Origin: a virus
IMG/VR virus record: IMGVR_UViG_3300032331_003707
Location: 36,346-100,345 of that record
DNA: 64,000 bases
Direction: 5' to 3' (one strand)
Shown here: positions 1 through 9,807 of the stretch, in pieces
Numbering within the stretch: the stretch's first letter is position 1
Layout of the letters: each line of letters opens with the position of its first letter
The notes under the pieces: generated by a model
Seen by the model: only the letters and a program-made list of their open reading frames with translations
Told to the model about the DNA's origin: nothing
The model's database searches: none
Position numbers and translations under genes: made by a program

Positions 1-7
1 TAAAGTT

Positions 8-253
8 ATGAACAAAATGTCAACAACCCCAAGTGCACGTTCTTACCGTCGCTTGAACCGTACTGCTAAATTAGCATTTTACAATGCTCGTCAACGTAAA
101 GGTGACACTACCCGCTTAGCAGAAACTACTGGTTACTCAGCTAGCCATGTATCAAATATTATTAATGGTCGCCGTTCGGTGAATCAGGATGTAGCAAACG
201 CTATGTACAATATGTCTCGTCGTCGTATGAGAACAATCGAGCTAGTAGGTTAA
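8..253 (+). CDS. XRE/Cro-like helix-turn-helix DNA-binding protein
   Basis: Basic 81 aa with HTH pattern TTRLAETTGYSASHVSNIINGRR. Confidence 0.7.
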   Translation: MNKMSTTPSARSYRRLNRTAKLAFYNARQRKGDTTRLAETTGYSASHVSNIINGRRSVNQDVANAMYNMSRRRMRTIELVG

Positions 254-377
254 TTACCTAAGCCATGTTGTGTGTTGGAGAGCATATCCTAAAGAGGATA
301 TGCTTTTCTTCTCACTAAAGATATCCCCCAATTCTTTATCCGAGATTATAAAATTATCTTTACTATATTTACAGTAT

Positions 378-851
378 ATGAATATTTTTTACGTACATAA
401 AGACCCAATAGTTGCAGCACAAATGCTAGCAGATGATCACATTCGCAAAATGCAAATTGAAAGCGCTCAGATGCTTTGTACAGCACATTGGGAAACAGGA
501 GGTGAAGCACCTTATAAGCGAGCTCATAAAAATCACCCCTCAACTATTTGGGCTAGACAATCACTGCAACATTATAGATGGTTGCTGAAGCATGGTTTAG
601 AAATTTGTTATGAGTTTGAGAAACGTTATGGTAAACGCCATGCAACACAAGCTGTACTTGAATGGTGTGAATTGAATATACCCAATATACCAAATGTTGA
701 GTTCGTTGAACCACCATTGTGTATGCCTGAGGAATTTAAGATTGATGATACTATTGGTTCGTATAGAAACTTTTACATCAATGATAAAGTAAAAATTAAA
801 AAATTGGATTGGAAGAAAAATCCTGAAAGAAAACCGAATTGGATATTATGA
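378..851 (+). CDS. Pyrimidine-dimer DNA glycosylase (DenV/endonuclease V-like)
   Basis: MNIFY...D.H..KM..E.AQML...NHP...W family motif; start moved from 270 to ATG 378, just after a promoter element. Confidence 0.8.
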   Translation: MNIFYVHKDPIVAAQMLADDHIRKMQIESAQMLCTAHWETGGEAPYKRAHKNHPSTIWARQSLQHYRWLLKHGLEICYEFEKRYGKRHATQAVLEWCELNIPNIPNVEFVEPPLCMPEEFKIDDTIGSYRNFYINDKVKIKKLDWKKNPERKPNWIL

Positions 852-1453
852 GGAATAATTTTGAGCAAATACGTAATATGTTGAAATTTGAGGATGATTA
901 TTTTTATTTCATTCAGATTATTCAACGTAAAAAAGAAAACCCTGAATTATGTTCTAGTAATAGAGTTATTCGTTCATATAATATCTCCAGTTTAGAGAAG
1001 TTTGATAAAGACAAAGATGAAATTATCACATTATGTGAAACATTTAATGCTCGTGCTTACATTCACTTGAATAGAAGAAAGTGGAGTAAGATTGCTTTAG
1101 AGTGTTTAAGACACAATGCTGAATTAATTGCAAATGAGCAGTACTATGGTATTAAATCTAGTTTTGAAACTATCATTGGGCGTAACAATGGTGAATCAAG
1201 TAGAACCAAAACATGGATTATTGATGTTGATATGAATGATTTGGAGGTTGTAAATAAAATTGAACGTATTATTAACAGTATAGAACCTATAGATAGGACT
1301 GTAACCAAATTAATGCATATTATTCCTACCAAGAATGGATATCATATGATTACTACACCCTTCGATAGAGCTGAATTTAACAAATATATGCAATTACAAG
1401 GTGATGTACCTGATGTACACACCGATAATCCAACAATATTATACGCAATATGA
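848..1453 (+). CDS. Conserved phage protein in the RNA-repair operon (function unknown)
   Basis: ORF overlapping both neighbours; motifs WIIDVD and TKNGYH loosely reminiscent of primase-polymerase-like folds. Confidence 0.55.
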   Translation: MRNNFEQIRNMLKFEDDYFYFIQIIQRKKENPELCSSNRVIRSYNISSLEKFDKDKDEIITLCETFNARAYIHLNRRKWSKIALECLRHNAELIANEQYYGIKSSFETIIGRNNGESSRTKTWIIDVDMNDLEVVNKIERIINSIEPIDRTVTKLMHIIPTKNGYHMITTPFDRAEFNKYMQLQGDVPDVHTDNPTILYAI

Positions 1454-1839
1454 AAGATTTAATATTATTAAGAGGGTTACCTGGAGCAGGTAAGTCAACA
1501 TTAGCTAAGTCATTAAGTTGTTGTGTATTTGAGGCGGATCAATATTTTATTGACTCTGAAACTGGCGAATATAAATTTGATATGTCAAAAATAAAACTAG
1601 CTCATGATTGGTGTAAATTGCGTGTTGGACATAGTATGGAAGATGGGTTAGGTACGATTGTAGTTGCTAATACTTTTACCCGAGAATGGGAAATGGATGC
1701 TTATTATGAGTTAGCCGAAAAGTATGGATATCGAGTGCATTCTGTTATTGTGGAGAATAGACACGATGGAGTGAATGAACATGGATGCCCAGATGATAAA
1801 ATAAAACAAATGAAAAATCGTTTTGAAATAAAGTTATAA
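1450..1839 (+). CDS. P-loop kinase (AAA_33 / polynucleotide kinase-like)
   Basis: Walker A LRGLPGAGKST, EADQYF, VVANT. Confidence 0.8.
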   Translation: MKDLILLRGLPGAGKSTLAKSLSCCVFEADQYFIDSETGEYKFDMSKIKLAHDWCKLRVGHSMEDGLGTIVVANTFTREWEMDAYYELAEKYGYRVHSVIVENRHDGVNEHGCPDDKIKQMKNRFEIKL

Positions 1840-1840
1840 T

Positions 1841-2983
1841 ATGGAAAATAATAATTCAGTGTGCTACGTAGCACGCATAAACGAAATCAAAGAAATCCCA
1901 GGAGCAGATAATATCGAGCAAGGTGTTATCGGTGGATGGAATTGTATTATCAAGAAAGGAGAATACAAAGTAGATGACTTGGTTGTAGTGGCAACAACCG
2001 ATGCAGTCATTCCTGTAGAGTTGTCAGATGCAATGAATGTAACCAATTACTTACGTAAAGGTCAACGTGTGCGTACTGTTAAGTTGAGGGGAGTATATTC
2101 TGAGTGTTTGATTATACCTTTAAGATATGCTCGTCAATCTGCTAAGTACACTAAATTGGAGTGGGATGAAGGTAAGGATATAATGGAATTGTTGGGTGTC
2201 TACAAGTATGAACCACCAGTACGCCAAGTACAATTGGCTGGGGGTCGTAAAATTAAATATAAAGACAATCCTAACTTCACAGTATATCACAAGTTCCCTA
2301 ACATTAAGAATGTAACTGGAATGTTTACTGAAGAAGATTATGTACAAATTACTCGTAAGATACATGGTACAAATGCTCGTTACGGTATTGTTAAGAAACA
2401 TAAATTATCGTTTTGGGATAAAGTTAAAAAACTCTTTACTAACAATATATGGGCTGAATATGAGTTTATATATGGGTCCCATAACGTTGAGAAAGGTTCA
2501 GATACACAAGGTTTTTATGATACTGATGTTTGGAGGGAAGTAGCTGATAAATATGATATCAAAAACAAGTTATGGGAGTTTGCTAAAAAAATCTCACCAG
2601 CTGTAATTGGGTCTGGGGTAGTAGTTTATGGTGAAGTATATGGTCCTGGTATCCAAAAGAACTATGATTATGGGTTAAAGGAGTTAGAGTTTGCTGGGTT
2701 TGATATTACAGTCAATGGTACATACCAAACCACATTCGCTACTAGACATATTATGGTTGGTGCATTCGAATTACCACACGTACCTGAATTATGTGAACAT
2801 ACATCTTGGTCACAAGAGATTCAAGACCAATTCACATTCAACAACTTCATTGAAGGAACTAAAGTACCACATGAAGGTATTGTAATCAAACATATAAGTG
2901 GACAAAGAGAAAAAATAGCCAAAGTAATCAACCCAGACTACCTCATCTATGGAGAGAAACACGATGTAGGAGATAGCCACTAA
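1841..2983 (+). CDS. RNA ligase, DRB0094/Rnl5 family
   Basis: N-terminal IPGADNIE..VRTVKLRG.YSE OB-like module; adenylation motif TRKIHGTN, YGEVYG, FDI, EGIVIK, AKVINPDY. Confidence 0.88.
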   Translation: MENNNSVCYVARINEIKEIPGADNIEQGVIGGWNCIIKKGEYKVDDLVVVATTDAVIPVELSDAMNVTNYLRKGQRVRTVKLRGVYSECLIIPLRYARQSAKYTKLEWDEGKDIMELLGVYKYEPPVRQVQLAGGRKIKYKDNPNFTVYHKFPNIKNVTGMFTEEDYVQITRKIHGTNARYGIVKKHKLSFWDKVKKLFTNNIWAEYEFIYGSHNVEKGSDTQGFYDTDVWREVADKYDIKNKLWEFAKKISPAVIGSGVVVYGEVYGPGIQKNYDYGLKELEFAGFDITVNGTYQTTFATRHIMVGAFELPHVPELCEHTSWSQEIQDQFTFNNFIEGTKVPHEGIVIKHISGQREKIAKVINPDYLIYGEKHDVGDSH

Positions 2984-3028
2984 ACTCTTTATCCTAGGCT
3001 TTTAAATAAAATTTATTATCTTTATAGT

Positions 3029-3679
3029 ATGAAAATAGAGTTAAAACAACATCAAAGATTATGGTTTACGAGTGATACTCACTACAACCACTCCAATATT
3101 TGTAGAGCAACTACACGTTGGACTGATGCTGATAGTGTGACTCGTGATTTTGCTTCATTAGAGAAGATGAATGAGGAGTTAGTGTACTGGATAAATAGGA
3201 GAGTAGCGCAGGATGATATCTTGATTCACTTAGGTGATTGGTCGTTTGGTGGTTTTGAAAGTATCCAAACATTTAGAGATAGAATTGTATGTCAAAACAT
3301 ACATTTAGTGTTAGGCAATCACGACCACCACATTCAGAATAACAGAGATAACATCCAATCTATATTCAGCTCAGTAAACCAATACTTGGACTTAGGTGTT
3401 AGTTGGTGGATTGCTGGCAAGAAAAAGGAACACGCTCGTTTCATTTGTATGCACTACCCAATCGCAAGTTGGAATGGGATGAATGATGGTGCAGTGCATT
3501 TACACGGACACGTTCACTTACCTAAACATTTAAGAATGGCAGCAGGTAAAGCAATGGATGTAGGAGTTGATGGAAATGACTTGGAGCCAATTGAAATGGA
3601 TGATATATTAATAAAGATGGTATCTAGGCCAATTGCTAAATTAGCATTACCAAAGGATCACCACGAAAAAAGATTATAA
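3029..3679 (+). CDS. Calcineurin-like metallophosphoesterase
   Basis: SDTH, HLGD, GNHD, HYP, LHGHVH, DVGVD motifs. Confidence 0.88.
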   Translation: MKIELKQHQRLWFTSDTHYNHSNICRATTRWTDADSVTRDFASLEKMNEELVYWINRRVAQDDILIHLGDWSFGGFESIQTFRDRIVCQNIHLVLGNHDHHIQNNRDNIQSIFSSVNQYLDLGVSWWIAGKKKEHARFICMHYPIASWNGMNDGAVHLHGHVHLPKHLRMAAGKAMDVGVDGNDLEPIEMDDILIKMVSRPIAKLALPKDHHEKRL

Positions 3680-3680
3680 C

Positions 3681-4388
3681 ATGAAAACAATAGTATTAGG
3701 AGATACACATGGTCGTAACATTTGGAAAGAGATTGTGTTTCAAGAAAAAGCAGATCGAGTTATTTTTATTGGAGACTATTTTGATAGCTTTGATATCGGT
3801 CCTGCTGAGCAGATGTTTAACTTTAGAGAGATTATTGACTTTAAAGAGAAGGGTGAGTGCGAAGTTATTTTACTAATCGGTAATCATGACTTCCACTACT
3901 ACCCAGGTGGTGAAACATACTCAGGATATAAAGCAGGCGCGGCACCAGCTATTAGACAAATACTACAAGAAAATAATCACCACATACAAATGTGTTATCA
4001 ACTTGATAATGTTTTGTTTACACATGCTGGTATTGGTCATGATTGGTTAGTATACCAAAATAAATATGAAAGTGGCTCAATTGCTGATTTTGTAAATGAT
4101 ATTTGGAAATATCAGCCTAATCGCTTTATGTTTTATGGTATTGACCAATATGGTAATACTAAAACACAAACACCAATTTGGATTAGACCTCAAGCATTAA
4201 TGGCTGGTAATAGAGATACATTCTTGAAAAAAGAGTATATTCAAGTAGTAGGACATACTGCTGTAAGAAAGATTGATATCGAAGGTAAAGCAACAGGAGG
4301 CAGATATTACTTTATCGACACATTTGACACATCAGGCCAATTCCTGATTTATGAGAATGGAGAATTTAGATTAGGAGAATACCCTTAA
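3681..4388 (+). CDS. Calcineurin-like metallophosphoesterase
   Basis: GDTHG, GDYFD, GNHD, THAG, VGHT motifs. Confidence 0.88.
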   Translation: MKTIVLGDTHGRNIWKEIVFQEKADRVIFIGDYFDSFDIGPAEQMFNFREIIDFKEKGECEVILLIGNHDFHYYPGGETYSGYKAGAAPAIRQILQENNHHIQMCYQLDNVLFTHAGIGHDWLVYQNKYESGSIADFVNDIWKYQPNRFMFYGIDQYGNTKTQTPIWIRPQALMAGNRDTFLKKEYIQVVGHTAVRKIDIEGKATGGRYYFIDTFDTSGQFLIYENGEFRLGEYP

Positions 4389-4402
4389 CACTTATATAAA
4401 TT

Positions 4403-4645
4403 ATGGCAAAAGTAATAATTGAATTTGATTGCGTTGAAGAAGCAGATGGAATACACTCTGCATTATACGGATACAAGTATAGAAATATACTTTGGGAGTT
4501 AGACCAAAAACTACGTAGTGTGCATAAGTATGGTGCTGCTCTTGAAGGTAATGGAGAAGCTACAGATGCAGAAATGGATGTATGTTATAGACTGAGAGAT
4601 GTTATCAGAAAAATGCTACAAGAAGATAACTTGACAATAGAGTAA
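4403..4645 (+). CDS. Hypothetical phage protein
   Basis: Operonic 80-aa ORF. Confidence 0.6.
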   Translation: MAKVIIEFDCVEEADGIHSALYGYKYRNILWELDQKLRSVHKYGAALEGNGEATDAEMDVCYRLRDVIRKMLQEDNLTIE

Positions 4646-4647
4646 CT

Positions 4648-5718
4648 ATGAACAATTTAGATAAAGAATACCAAATGCTCCTAGAGTATATTCTAGGTAA
4701 TGGAGTAGAAAAGAAAGACCGAACTGGTACTGGGACTAAATCAATCTTTGGTTGGCAGATTCGTCACAACATGAGCGAAGGATTTCCTTTACTCACAACC
4801 AAGAAGATGGCTTGGAAGCAGATTGTAACCGAGTTATTATGGTTTTTAAGAGGTGATACCAACATCAAATACCTTGTTGATAACAATTGTCATATTTGGG
4901 ATGGCGATGCGTATAATAATTACCTTAAAGGTGGTGATGTGAAGTGGTTAAAATTTACAGAAGTAGATACACCAATAGGTAAAATGAACATTCCAACACC
5001 GTATTCAAAAGAAGAATTCATCAACAAAATCAAAACTGATGATGAGTTTGCTTATAAGTGGGGTGATTTAGGTCCTGTGTATGGTGCACAATGGAGAGGT
5101 TGGCATTGGAGAAGTGAACCATTCCTACCAGAAGAAAAAGATGTGATTTACACAACCGAAGGTAAACCAGTAACTTGGTCAAAAGAAAAGTATATTGACC
5201 AAATCGCAAACCTAATCAACGACCTTAAAACAAACCCAGACTCAAGACGATTAATGGTTAATGCTTGGAATGTTGGAGAATTAGACCAAATGGTTCTCCC
5301 ACCTTGTCATTATGGATTTCAAGTTTATACAAGAGAGTTGACTCAATATGAAAAATATAGTTGGGGGATGTTAAATGAAGATAATCCTAACATCCCAACC
5401 CGAGCAATTTCTTTAATGTGGAATCAACGTTCAGTAGACACATTTTTAGGTTTACCATTCAACATCGCAAGTTATGGATTGTTATTAACTATGATTGCAG
5501 ATGAGGTAAATATGGTTCCTGATGAATTGATTGGTAACTTAGGTGATGTGCATTTGTACAACAACCACATTGAGCAAGCGGAGTTGCAATTAACTAGAGA
5601 GCCATTTGAGTTACCTAAAGTAATAGTTCAAGATGGGATATTCTGTAGCTCAGTTAATGATGTCATTTTAGAAAATTACCAATCACACCCAGCAATTAAA
5701 GCACCATTAAGTAATTAA
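4648..5718 (+). CDS. thyA: Thymidylate synthase
   Basis: DRTGTGT, FPLLTTKK, ELLWF, LGPVYG.QWR, LPPCH, QRSVD.FLGLPFNIASY, GDVHLY; no intron. Confidence 0.97.
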   Translation: MNNLDKEYQMLLEYILGNGVEKKDRTGTGTKSIFGWQIRHNMSEGFPLLTTKKMAWKQIVTELLWFLRGDTNIKYLVDNNCHIWDGDAYNNYLKGGDVKWLKFTEVDTPIGKMNIPTPYSKEEFINKIKTDDEFAYKWGDLGPVYGAQWRGWHWRSEPFLPEEKDVIYTTEGKPVTWSKEKYIDQIANLINDLKTNPDSRRLMVNAWNVGELDQMVLPPCHYGFQVYTRELTQYEKYSWGMLNEDNPNIPTRAISLMWNQRSVDTFLGLPFNIASYGLLLTMIADEVNMVPDELIGNLGDVHLYNNHIEQAELQLTREPFELPKVIVQDGIFCSSVNDVILENYQSHPAIKAPLSN

Positions 5719-5721
5719 ACT

Positions 5722-5877
5722 ATGACCATAACTTTAGAACCCATAACTCATATTAACACATTAGATGTTATATATGATACAAAACTAAAGCAATTTTGTG
5801 TTTACCCACAAGGTGTAACTAACTTTGACGAGGATTATATTAAAAAGAATTGTTTAAGATTACCTTTACCGAATTAA
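5722..5877 (+). CDS. Small hypothetical protein (51 aa)
   Basis: Read manually; fills the gap after thyA. Confidence 0.5.
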   Translation: MTITLEPITHINTLDVIYDTKLKQFCVYPQGVTNFDEDYIKKNCLRLPLPN

Positions 5878-5949
5878 ATTATTATCCCTAATTCCTTATC
5901 CGAGGCTCTTTAATTATCTTTATTATCTTTATAGTATAAGAAAAAAATT

Positions 5950-6096
5950 ATGATTATATCAATTGTTATTTCAATTTCATTAGCAGCAATAGTTGCATTA
6001 TTAATGGTTCGAGGATTGACCTATATGGAAAAAAATCACCCCGATTATAAAGGTGAGGATTTGTTTGACGAAGATAAAGATAATTTAATAAAATAA
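5950..6096 (+). CDS. Small membrane protein (48 aa)
   Basis: MIISIVISISLAAIVALLMV TM helix, then HPDYKGEDLF; directly after a promoter element. Confidence 0.6.
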   Translation: MIISIVISISLAAIVALLMVRGLTYMEKNHPDYKGEDLFDEDKDNLIK

Positions 6097-6101
6097 AGGT
6101 T

Positions 6102-6221
6102 ATGAAAAATAAATTAAGCAATAAAGCAACAGATTTATTCGTAAGTTTTGCTATTGTATTTGGAGTATTCACATGCGTGTTTGCATTTTTAGGAATGTTT
6201 CTTAAATTAATATTTGGATAA
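6102..6221 (+). CDS. Small membrane protein (39 aa)
   Basis: Single hydrophobic helix, A-rich leader. Confidence 0.5.
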   Translation: MKNKLSNKATDLFVSFAIVFGVFTCVFAFLGMFLKLIFG

Positions 6222-6222
6222 T

Positions 6223-6615
6223 ATGGAAGATAGAATACAAATAAATGGGGTATGGTACACTCGAGAAGATAACCAACCAACACAAGAAATAAAACCATTA
6301 AAGAGAGAAGATGTAACTGGCTTTAAAGGGTTTGTATATGAAACAGATAAATTTTGTTATGAAGTAACTATTATAGCAAAAGATGGTTTATTTGAAGAAG
6401 GTGAATACCATGATAATATTGATATTAAGTTCACTGACAAACGTATTAAACCATGGGTAGAAGATCACTGGGATAGTATGTTTTGGTTTAAAGGAGTACT
6501 TGAAAATAACCCAGACTCAATTAACTCATTAATAAATGAAAATGAAATGGAGGCTGAAGATATATTAGAGTTTAGATCATTTTTAGCATTTTTAAAACAA
6601 CAAGGATGGCTGTAA
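6223..6615 (+). CDS. Hypothetical phage protein
   Basis: ORF; ATG at 6223 preferred over 6214. Confidence 0.6.
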   Translation: MEDRIQINGVWYTREDNQPTQEIKPLKREDVTGFKGFVYETDKFCYEVTIIAKDGLFEEGEYHDNIDIKFTDKRIKPWVEDHWDSMFWFKGVLENNPDSINSLINENEMEAEDILEFRSFLAFLKQQGWL

Positions 6616-6956
6616 TAACATATATAAGAGTAACATACGTAGCATTATCACACTACGGCAAACCCATAGCAACTGCTCATACAGAGAAAGATCTCAAAGA
6701 TGGTATAGATGAATACTATGGGATAGGAACAGACAATAAAGCTAAGTATATCGAATGGGTACCATACAACTGCAAATACCCAGATGAACTTGAAGGACAT
6801 CATGTATATGAAGTAGATGATTTCAATGGTGGGTTAGAGTTTGAGCGGGTAAAGGTGTATTGTGTAGAATTTTATCCACATACAAAATATGAAGTCGATA
6901 CTCAAAAAGAAGCACTTATTGAACTAACAAATATAAATTTAGAAGATGAAAACTAA
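6606..6956 (+). CDS. Hypothetical phage protein
   Basis: Overlapping operonic ORF. Confidence 0.6.
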   Translation: MAVITYIRVTYVALSHYGKPIATAHTEKDLKDGIDEYYGIGTDNKAKYIEWVPYNCKYPDELEGHHVYEVDDFNGGLEFERVKVYCVEFYPHTKYEVDTQKEALIELTNINLEDEN

Positions 6957-7203
6957 AACAGTAGAGCGTCTAATGAACGAGACACCAGAGCATATCAAAC
7001 AACAAGTTAGTGAGTATGCTGATAATGTAGTTCAAAACAACGCATCATTTGTATTTACTCCATTTCCTAAATATGTGGGTTGTTATTGTTTAGGAGGTAA
7101 GACAGGAGTATGTATTTATTTTAAAACTAAACCTAACTGGTTTCATAGAACAATGATGAAATTATGTTTAGGTTGGGAATGGAAAGATGATAATAGAATA
7201 TAA
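6946..7203 (+). CDS. Hypothetical phage protein
   Basis: KPNWFHR.MMKLCLGW.W C-terminal motif. Confidence 0.6.
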   Translation: MKTKTVERLMNETPEHIKQQVSEYADNVVQNNASFVFTPFPKYVGCYCLGGKTGVCIYFKTKPNWFHRTMMKLCLGWEWKDDNRI

Positions 7204-7206
7204 GTT

Positions 7207-7578
7207 ATGAAAAGAGATACACCCGTTTTTAATATAATTGTAATGCTAGCAATAATAGTAGGTATAGCATGGTCACTATCAAAAGTAGGAGAAGTTATAA
7301 CTTCTAGTAAACAATATCCTGAACAACCTGTTAAGCCTACTATCTCAGACTCGGTAAAACCAGTCCCGGAACAACCATATGAATCAAAGGAAGATAGTTT
7401 AATAAAACAACTATATCCTATTTGTGTGATTGAAATAAATAAATCTACTTATAAAGGATATAAGTGGGAAGTAATAGCAGAGAACGGTTTAATGTATTAT
7501 ACTAATAATAAACCAAAAATTGGTGACCCTGCTTTTTATATTGGTAGTGATAGTGAAACATTATATTGGACTAAATAA
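7207..7578 (+). CDS. Membrane-anchored hypothetical protein
   Basis: N-terminal TM helix and Pro-rich linker. Confidence 0.6.
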   Translation: MKRDTPVFNIIVMLAIIVGIAWSLSKVGEVITSSKQYPEQPVKPTISDSVKPVPEQPYESKEDSLIKQLYPICVIEINKSTYKGYKWEVIAENGLMYYTNNKPKIGDPAFYIGSDSETLYWTK

Positions 7579-7581
7579 GTT

Positions 7582-7809
7582 ATGAGTAAACAAACAGCAG
7601 TACATTGGTTAATGGAACAAGTAGCCGATGAAGAAAACCAAAGAACACTCTCAGGAGATCAGTGGAGGGATATAATTGATCGAGCCGTTCAGATGGAAAA
7701 AGAACAACTAATAAAAGCAGTATATGACTCTATGGGAACTAACTTTGATCCTAATATGGGTAGAGCAGAACTATACTACAACAAAACTTACGGAGGTAAC
7801 GATGAGTAA
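7582..7809 (+). CDS. Hypothetical protein (MSKQTAV.WL family), paralog 1
   Basis: Shares QTAV.WL, QMEKEQ and YYN.TYGG with the next ORF. Confidence 0.7.
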   Translation: MSKQTAVHWLMEQVADEENQRTLSGDQWRDIIDRAVQMEKEQLIKAVYDSMGTNFDPNMGRAELYYNKTYGGNDE

Positions 7810-8074
7810 GCAAACTGCGGTTGAATGGTTGGTGCAAGAAATTCATAAAAATGGCAATTGGATTCCTACTCATATGATTGACCAAGCCAAGCAAATGGAA
7901 AAGGAGCAGATAAATAAAACAGCTCAAGATAACTTTTATGCAGGTCAAGATTTAGCAAATGGTTATAAAATTGATTGGGATTCTTCAGAACAATACTACA
8001 ACGAAACTTACGGAGGCCAAGAAGAACCCAACCCAAAACCAGACCAAAACTACAAATTCGAAGACGGCGTATGA
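7802..8074 (+). CDS. Hypothetical protein (MSKQTAV.WL family), paralog 2
   Basis: Start at ATG 7802 by homology with the previous ORF. Confidence 0.7.
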   Translation: MSKQTAVEWLVQEIHKNGNWIPTHMIDQAKQMEKEQINKTAQDNFYAGQDLANGYKIDWDSSEQYYNETYGGQEEPNPKPDQNYKFEDGV

Positions 8075-8337
8075 GTGAAGAACAGGAAGAACTACCAAAC
8101 GAGACTTATGAACAACGCTGGAGGGACACTCAAGCATACAATACAAAACATAATAAGACTTGGGTAGAATGCCCTGGATATGATAAGGCTTGGATCGCTT
8201 GTGAAACAGACAGTTCGTATCACATAACTAAACTCAAAAACGTATACGATGATAAGGGAAATGTCCGACGTCCTCGAACATGGGGACTTGAAGGTGAATG
8301 GGTAAAAAAAACTAAATTTAATTATAGAAAGTTATGA
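8071..8337 (+). CDS. Hypothetical phage protein
   Basis: ATG overlaps previous stop (ATGA). Confidence 0.55.
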   Translation: MSEEQEELPNETYEQRWRDTQAYNTKHNKTWVECPGYDKAWIACETDSSYHITKLKNVYDDKGNVRRPRTWGLEGEWVKKTKFNYRKL

Positions 8338-8564
8338 GCAACATTAAATTTTATACAAACAGACAAATAGCCCTACAGATGGCTATGGAACATACTAAAC
8401 AAGAAGGAACATTACGTTATAGTCAAGGTATAGGAAGCGTATGTAAAATAGCAGATGAGTATTATAAATGGTTACAAGACGCACCACAATCCGATAAAGA
8501 TGAAAATAAGTGGTATTATGATGTTACAACTACTAAACCTAAAGGGAAGTCTGATTCAAAATAA
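8334..8564 (+). CDS. Hypothetical phage protein
   Basis: ATGA overlap; R..AL..A...A..YY.WL pattern. Confidence 0.55.
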   Translation: MSNIKFYTNRQIALQMAMEHTKQEGTLRYSQGIGSVCKIADEYYKWLQDAPQSDKDENKWYYDVTTTKPKGKSDSK

Positions 8565-8644
8565 TTTTCACTCCCTAACTCTTTATCCGGGGCTCTTAAA
8601 CATTCTATATTATCTTTAGAGTATAATTAAAAACAATAAAAGTT

Positions 8645-9451
8645 ATGTTAGAAATCAAAAACACATCATTTCTCGACAAAGTTGAGATTAAAAAACGCGC
8701 CGCGTCAGTATTCACATCTGTAAAAGGCGAAGCAACAAGTGAAAAATACACTCATATTCCAACAGACCGTGTTATTGAAGACATGGAAAAGTTAGGATGG
8801 GGTGTAGTAGATGCTAAAGAAGTACGTGCTCGTAAAGGAGTAGGGTTTCAAAAGCATTTGGTAGTATTTCGAAACCCAAGCATTGCCATTACAGGTGATG
8901 ATGGTGATGATGTATTTCCACAAATTCTATTAACAAATAGTCATGATGGTAAAAATGCATTTACATTTACGGCTGGTTTGTTTAGATTGGTTTGTGAGAA
9001 TGGTTTAGTTATTTCAACTCAAGAGTTTGAAAACCTAAAGATTCGTCACATGGGTTATAACTTTGAAGAGCTACAAACAACAATCACAGCGTTAGTAGAA
9101 AAACTACCACTGACAGTTGATAGCATGAACAAGTTGAAAGCAACCAAACTGAATCAGAAACAGAAAGAAGACTTTGCTAAGCGTGCCCTAGAAACACGAT
9201 TTGGTAAGGAAGATGTTCAAAACATTACTATTGATGTTAAGTCACTATTAGAACCAACTCGTAAGGAAGACAGTGGTGATGACATTTGGAGTGTGTTTAA
9301 CGTGATTCAAGAGAAATTGATTCACGGTATGTTCGAGTATAAATTTGGTACTAAGGTACGTAAAGCTCGTAAAATCAAGAATTTCAAACAAGACATAAAG
9401 GTAAATGAAGATTTGTTTGAATTAGCACTTGATTATGTAACAGCGGCGTAA
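8645..9451 (+). CDS. DUF932/DUF945-family protein
   Basis: S.KY.HIPT, LTNSHDG, GLFRLVCENGL, W..FN..QE..I motifs. Confidence 0.85.
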   Translation: MLEIKNTSFLDKVEIKKRAASVFTSVKGEATSEKYTHIPTDRVIEDMEKLGWGVVDAKEVRARKGVGFQKHLVVFRNPSIAITGDDGDDVFPQILLTNSHDGKNAFTFTAGLFRLVCENGLVISTQEFENLKIRHMGYNFEELQTTITALVEKLPLTVDSMNKLKATKLNQKQKEDFAKRALETRFGKEDVQNITIDVKSLLEPTRKEDSGDDIWSVFNVIQEKLIHGMFEYKFGTKVRKARKIKNFKQDIKVNEDLFELALDYVTAA

Positions 9452-9471
9452 ACGCCAACGGTAGAAACAAA

Positions 9472-9550
9472 ACATCCCCAGTTTCTTGCAGTGGGCCCAC
9501 TGAGACTTTATAAGGATGTACATGGCCTCGACTCTGATCAAGTCGGGGCC
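9472..9550 (+). ncRNA. Putative structured RNA ending in a terminator-like hairpin
   Basis: ACATCC/GGATGT stem enclosing palindrome CAGTGGGCCCACTG, then GGCCTCGACT-CTGATCA-AGTCGGGGCC. Confidence 0.4.
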
Positions 9551-9621
9551 TTCTTGATCCAAATTTTTTATCCGAGATTATAGATTATTTGTTTGTATCT
9601 TTATATTAAATAATAAAACAT

Positions 9622-9756
9622 ATGACTAATAAAGAGCTAGCAAAACAGATCCAAGACCTAAATGCGTATTTGGATAAAAATCCATGGGATGTTCAGCAAC
9701 GTCAATTGCGTTACGATCTTGTTGACCAATTGTGTAATAAGATCCTTAATCCTTAA
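9622..9756 (+). CDS. Small hypothetical protein (44 aa)
   Basis: Lies between two promoter elements; read manually. Confidence 0.55.
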   Translation: MTNKELAKQIQDLNAYLDKNPWDVQQRQLRYDLVDQLCNKILNP

Positions 9757-9807
9757 TCCGAGATCATCAATTAACTTATATTATCTTTATACTATAAATT
9801 AAAACAC

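Noticed and set aside
270-377. N-terminal extension of the glycosylase ORF
   Set aside because: Runs through a promoter element; the family motif starts at MNIF (378).
4648-5718. Intron or intein in thyA (also checked terL)
   Set aside because: Continuous frames, only short insertions, no intein or group I motifs.
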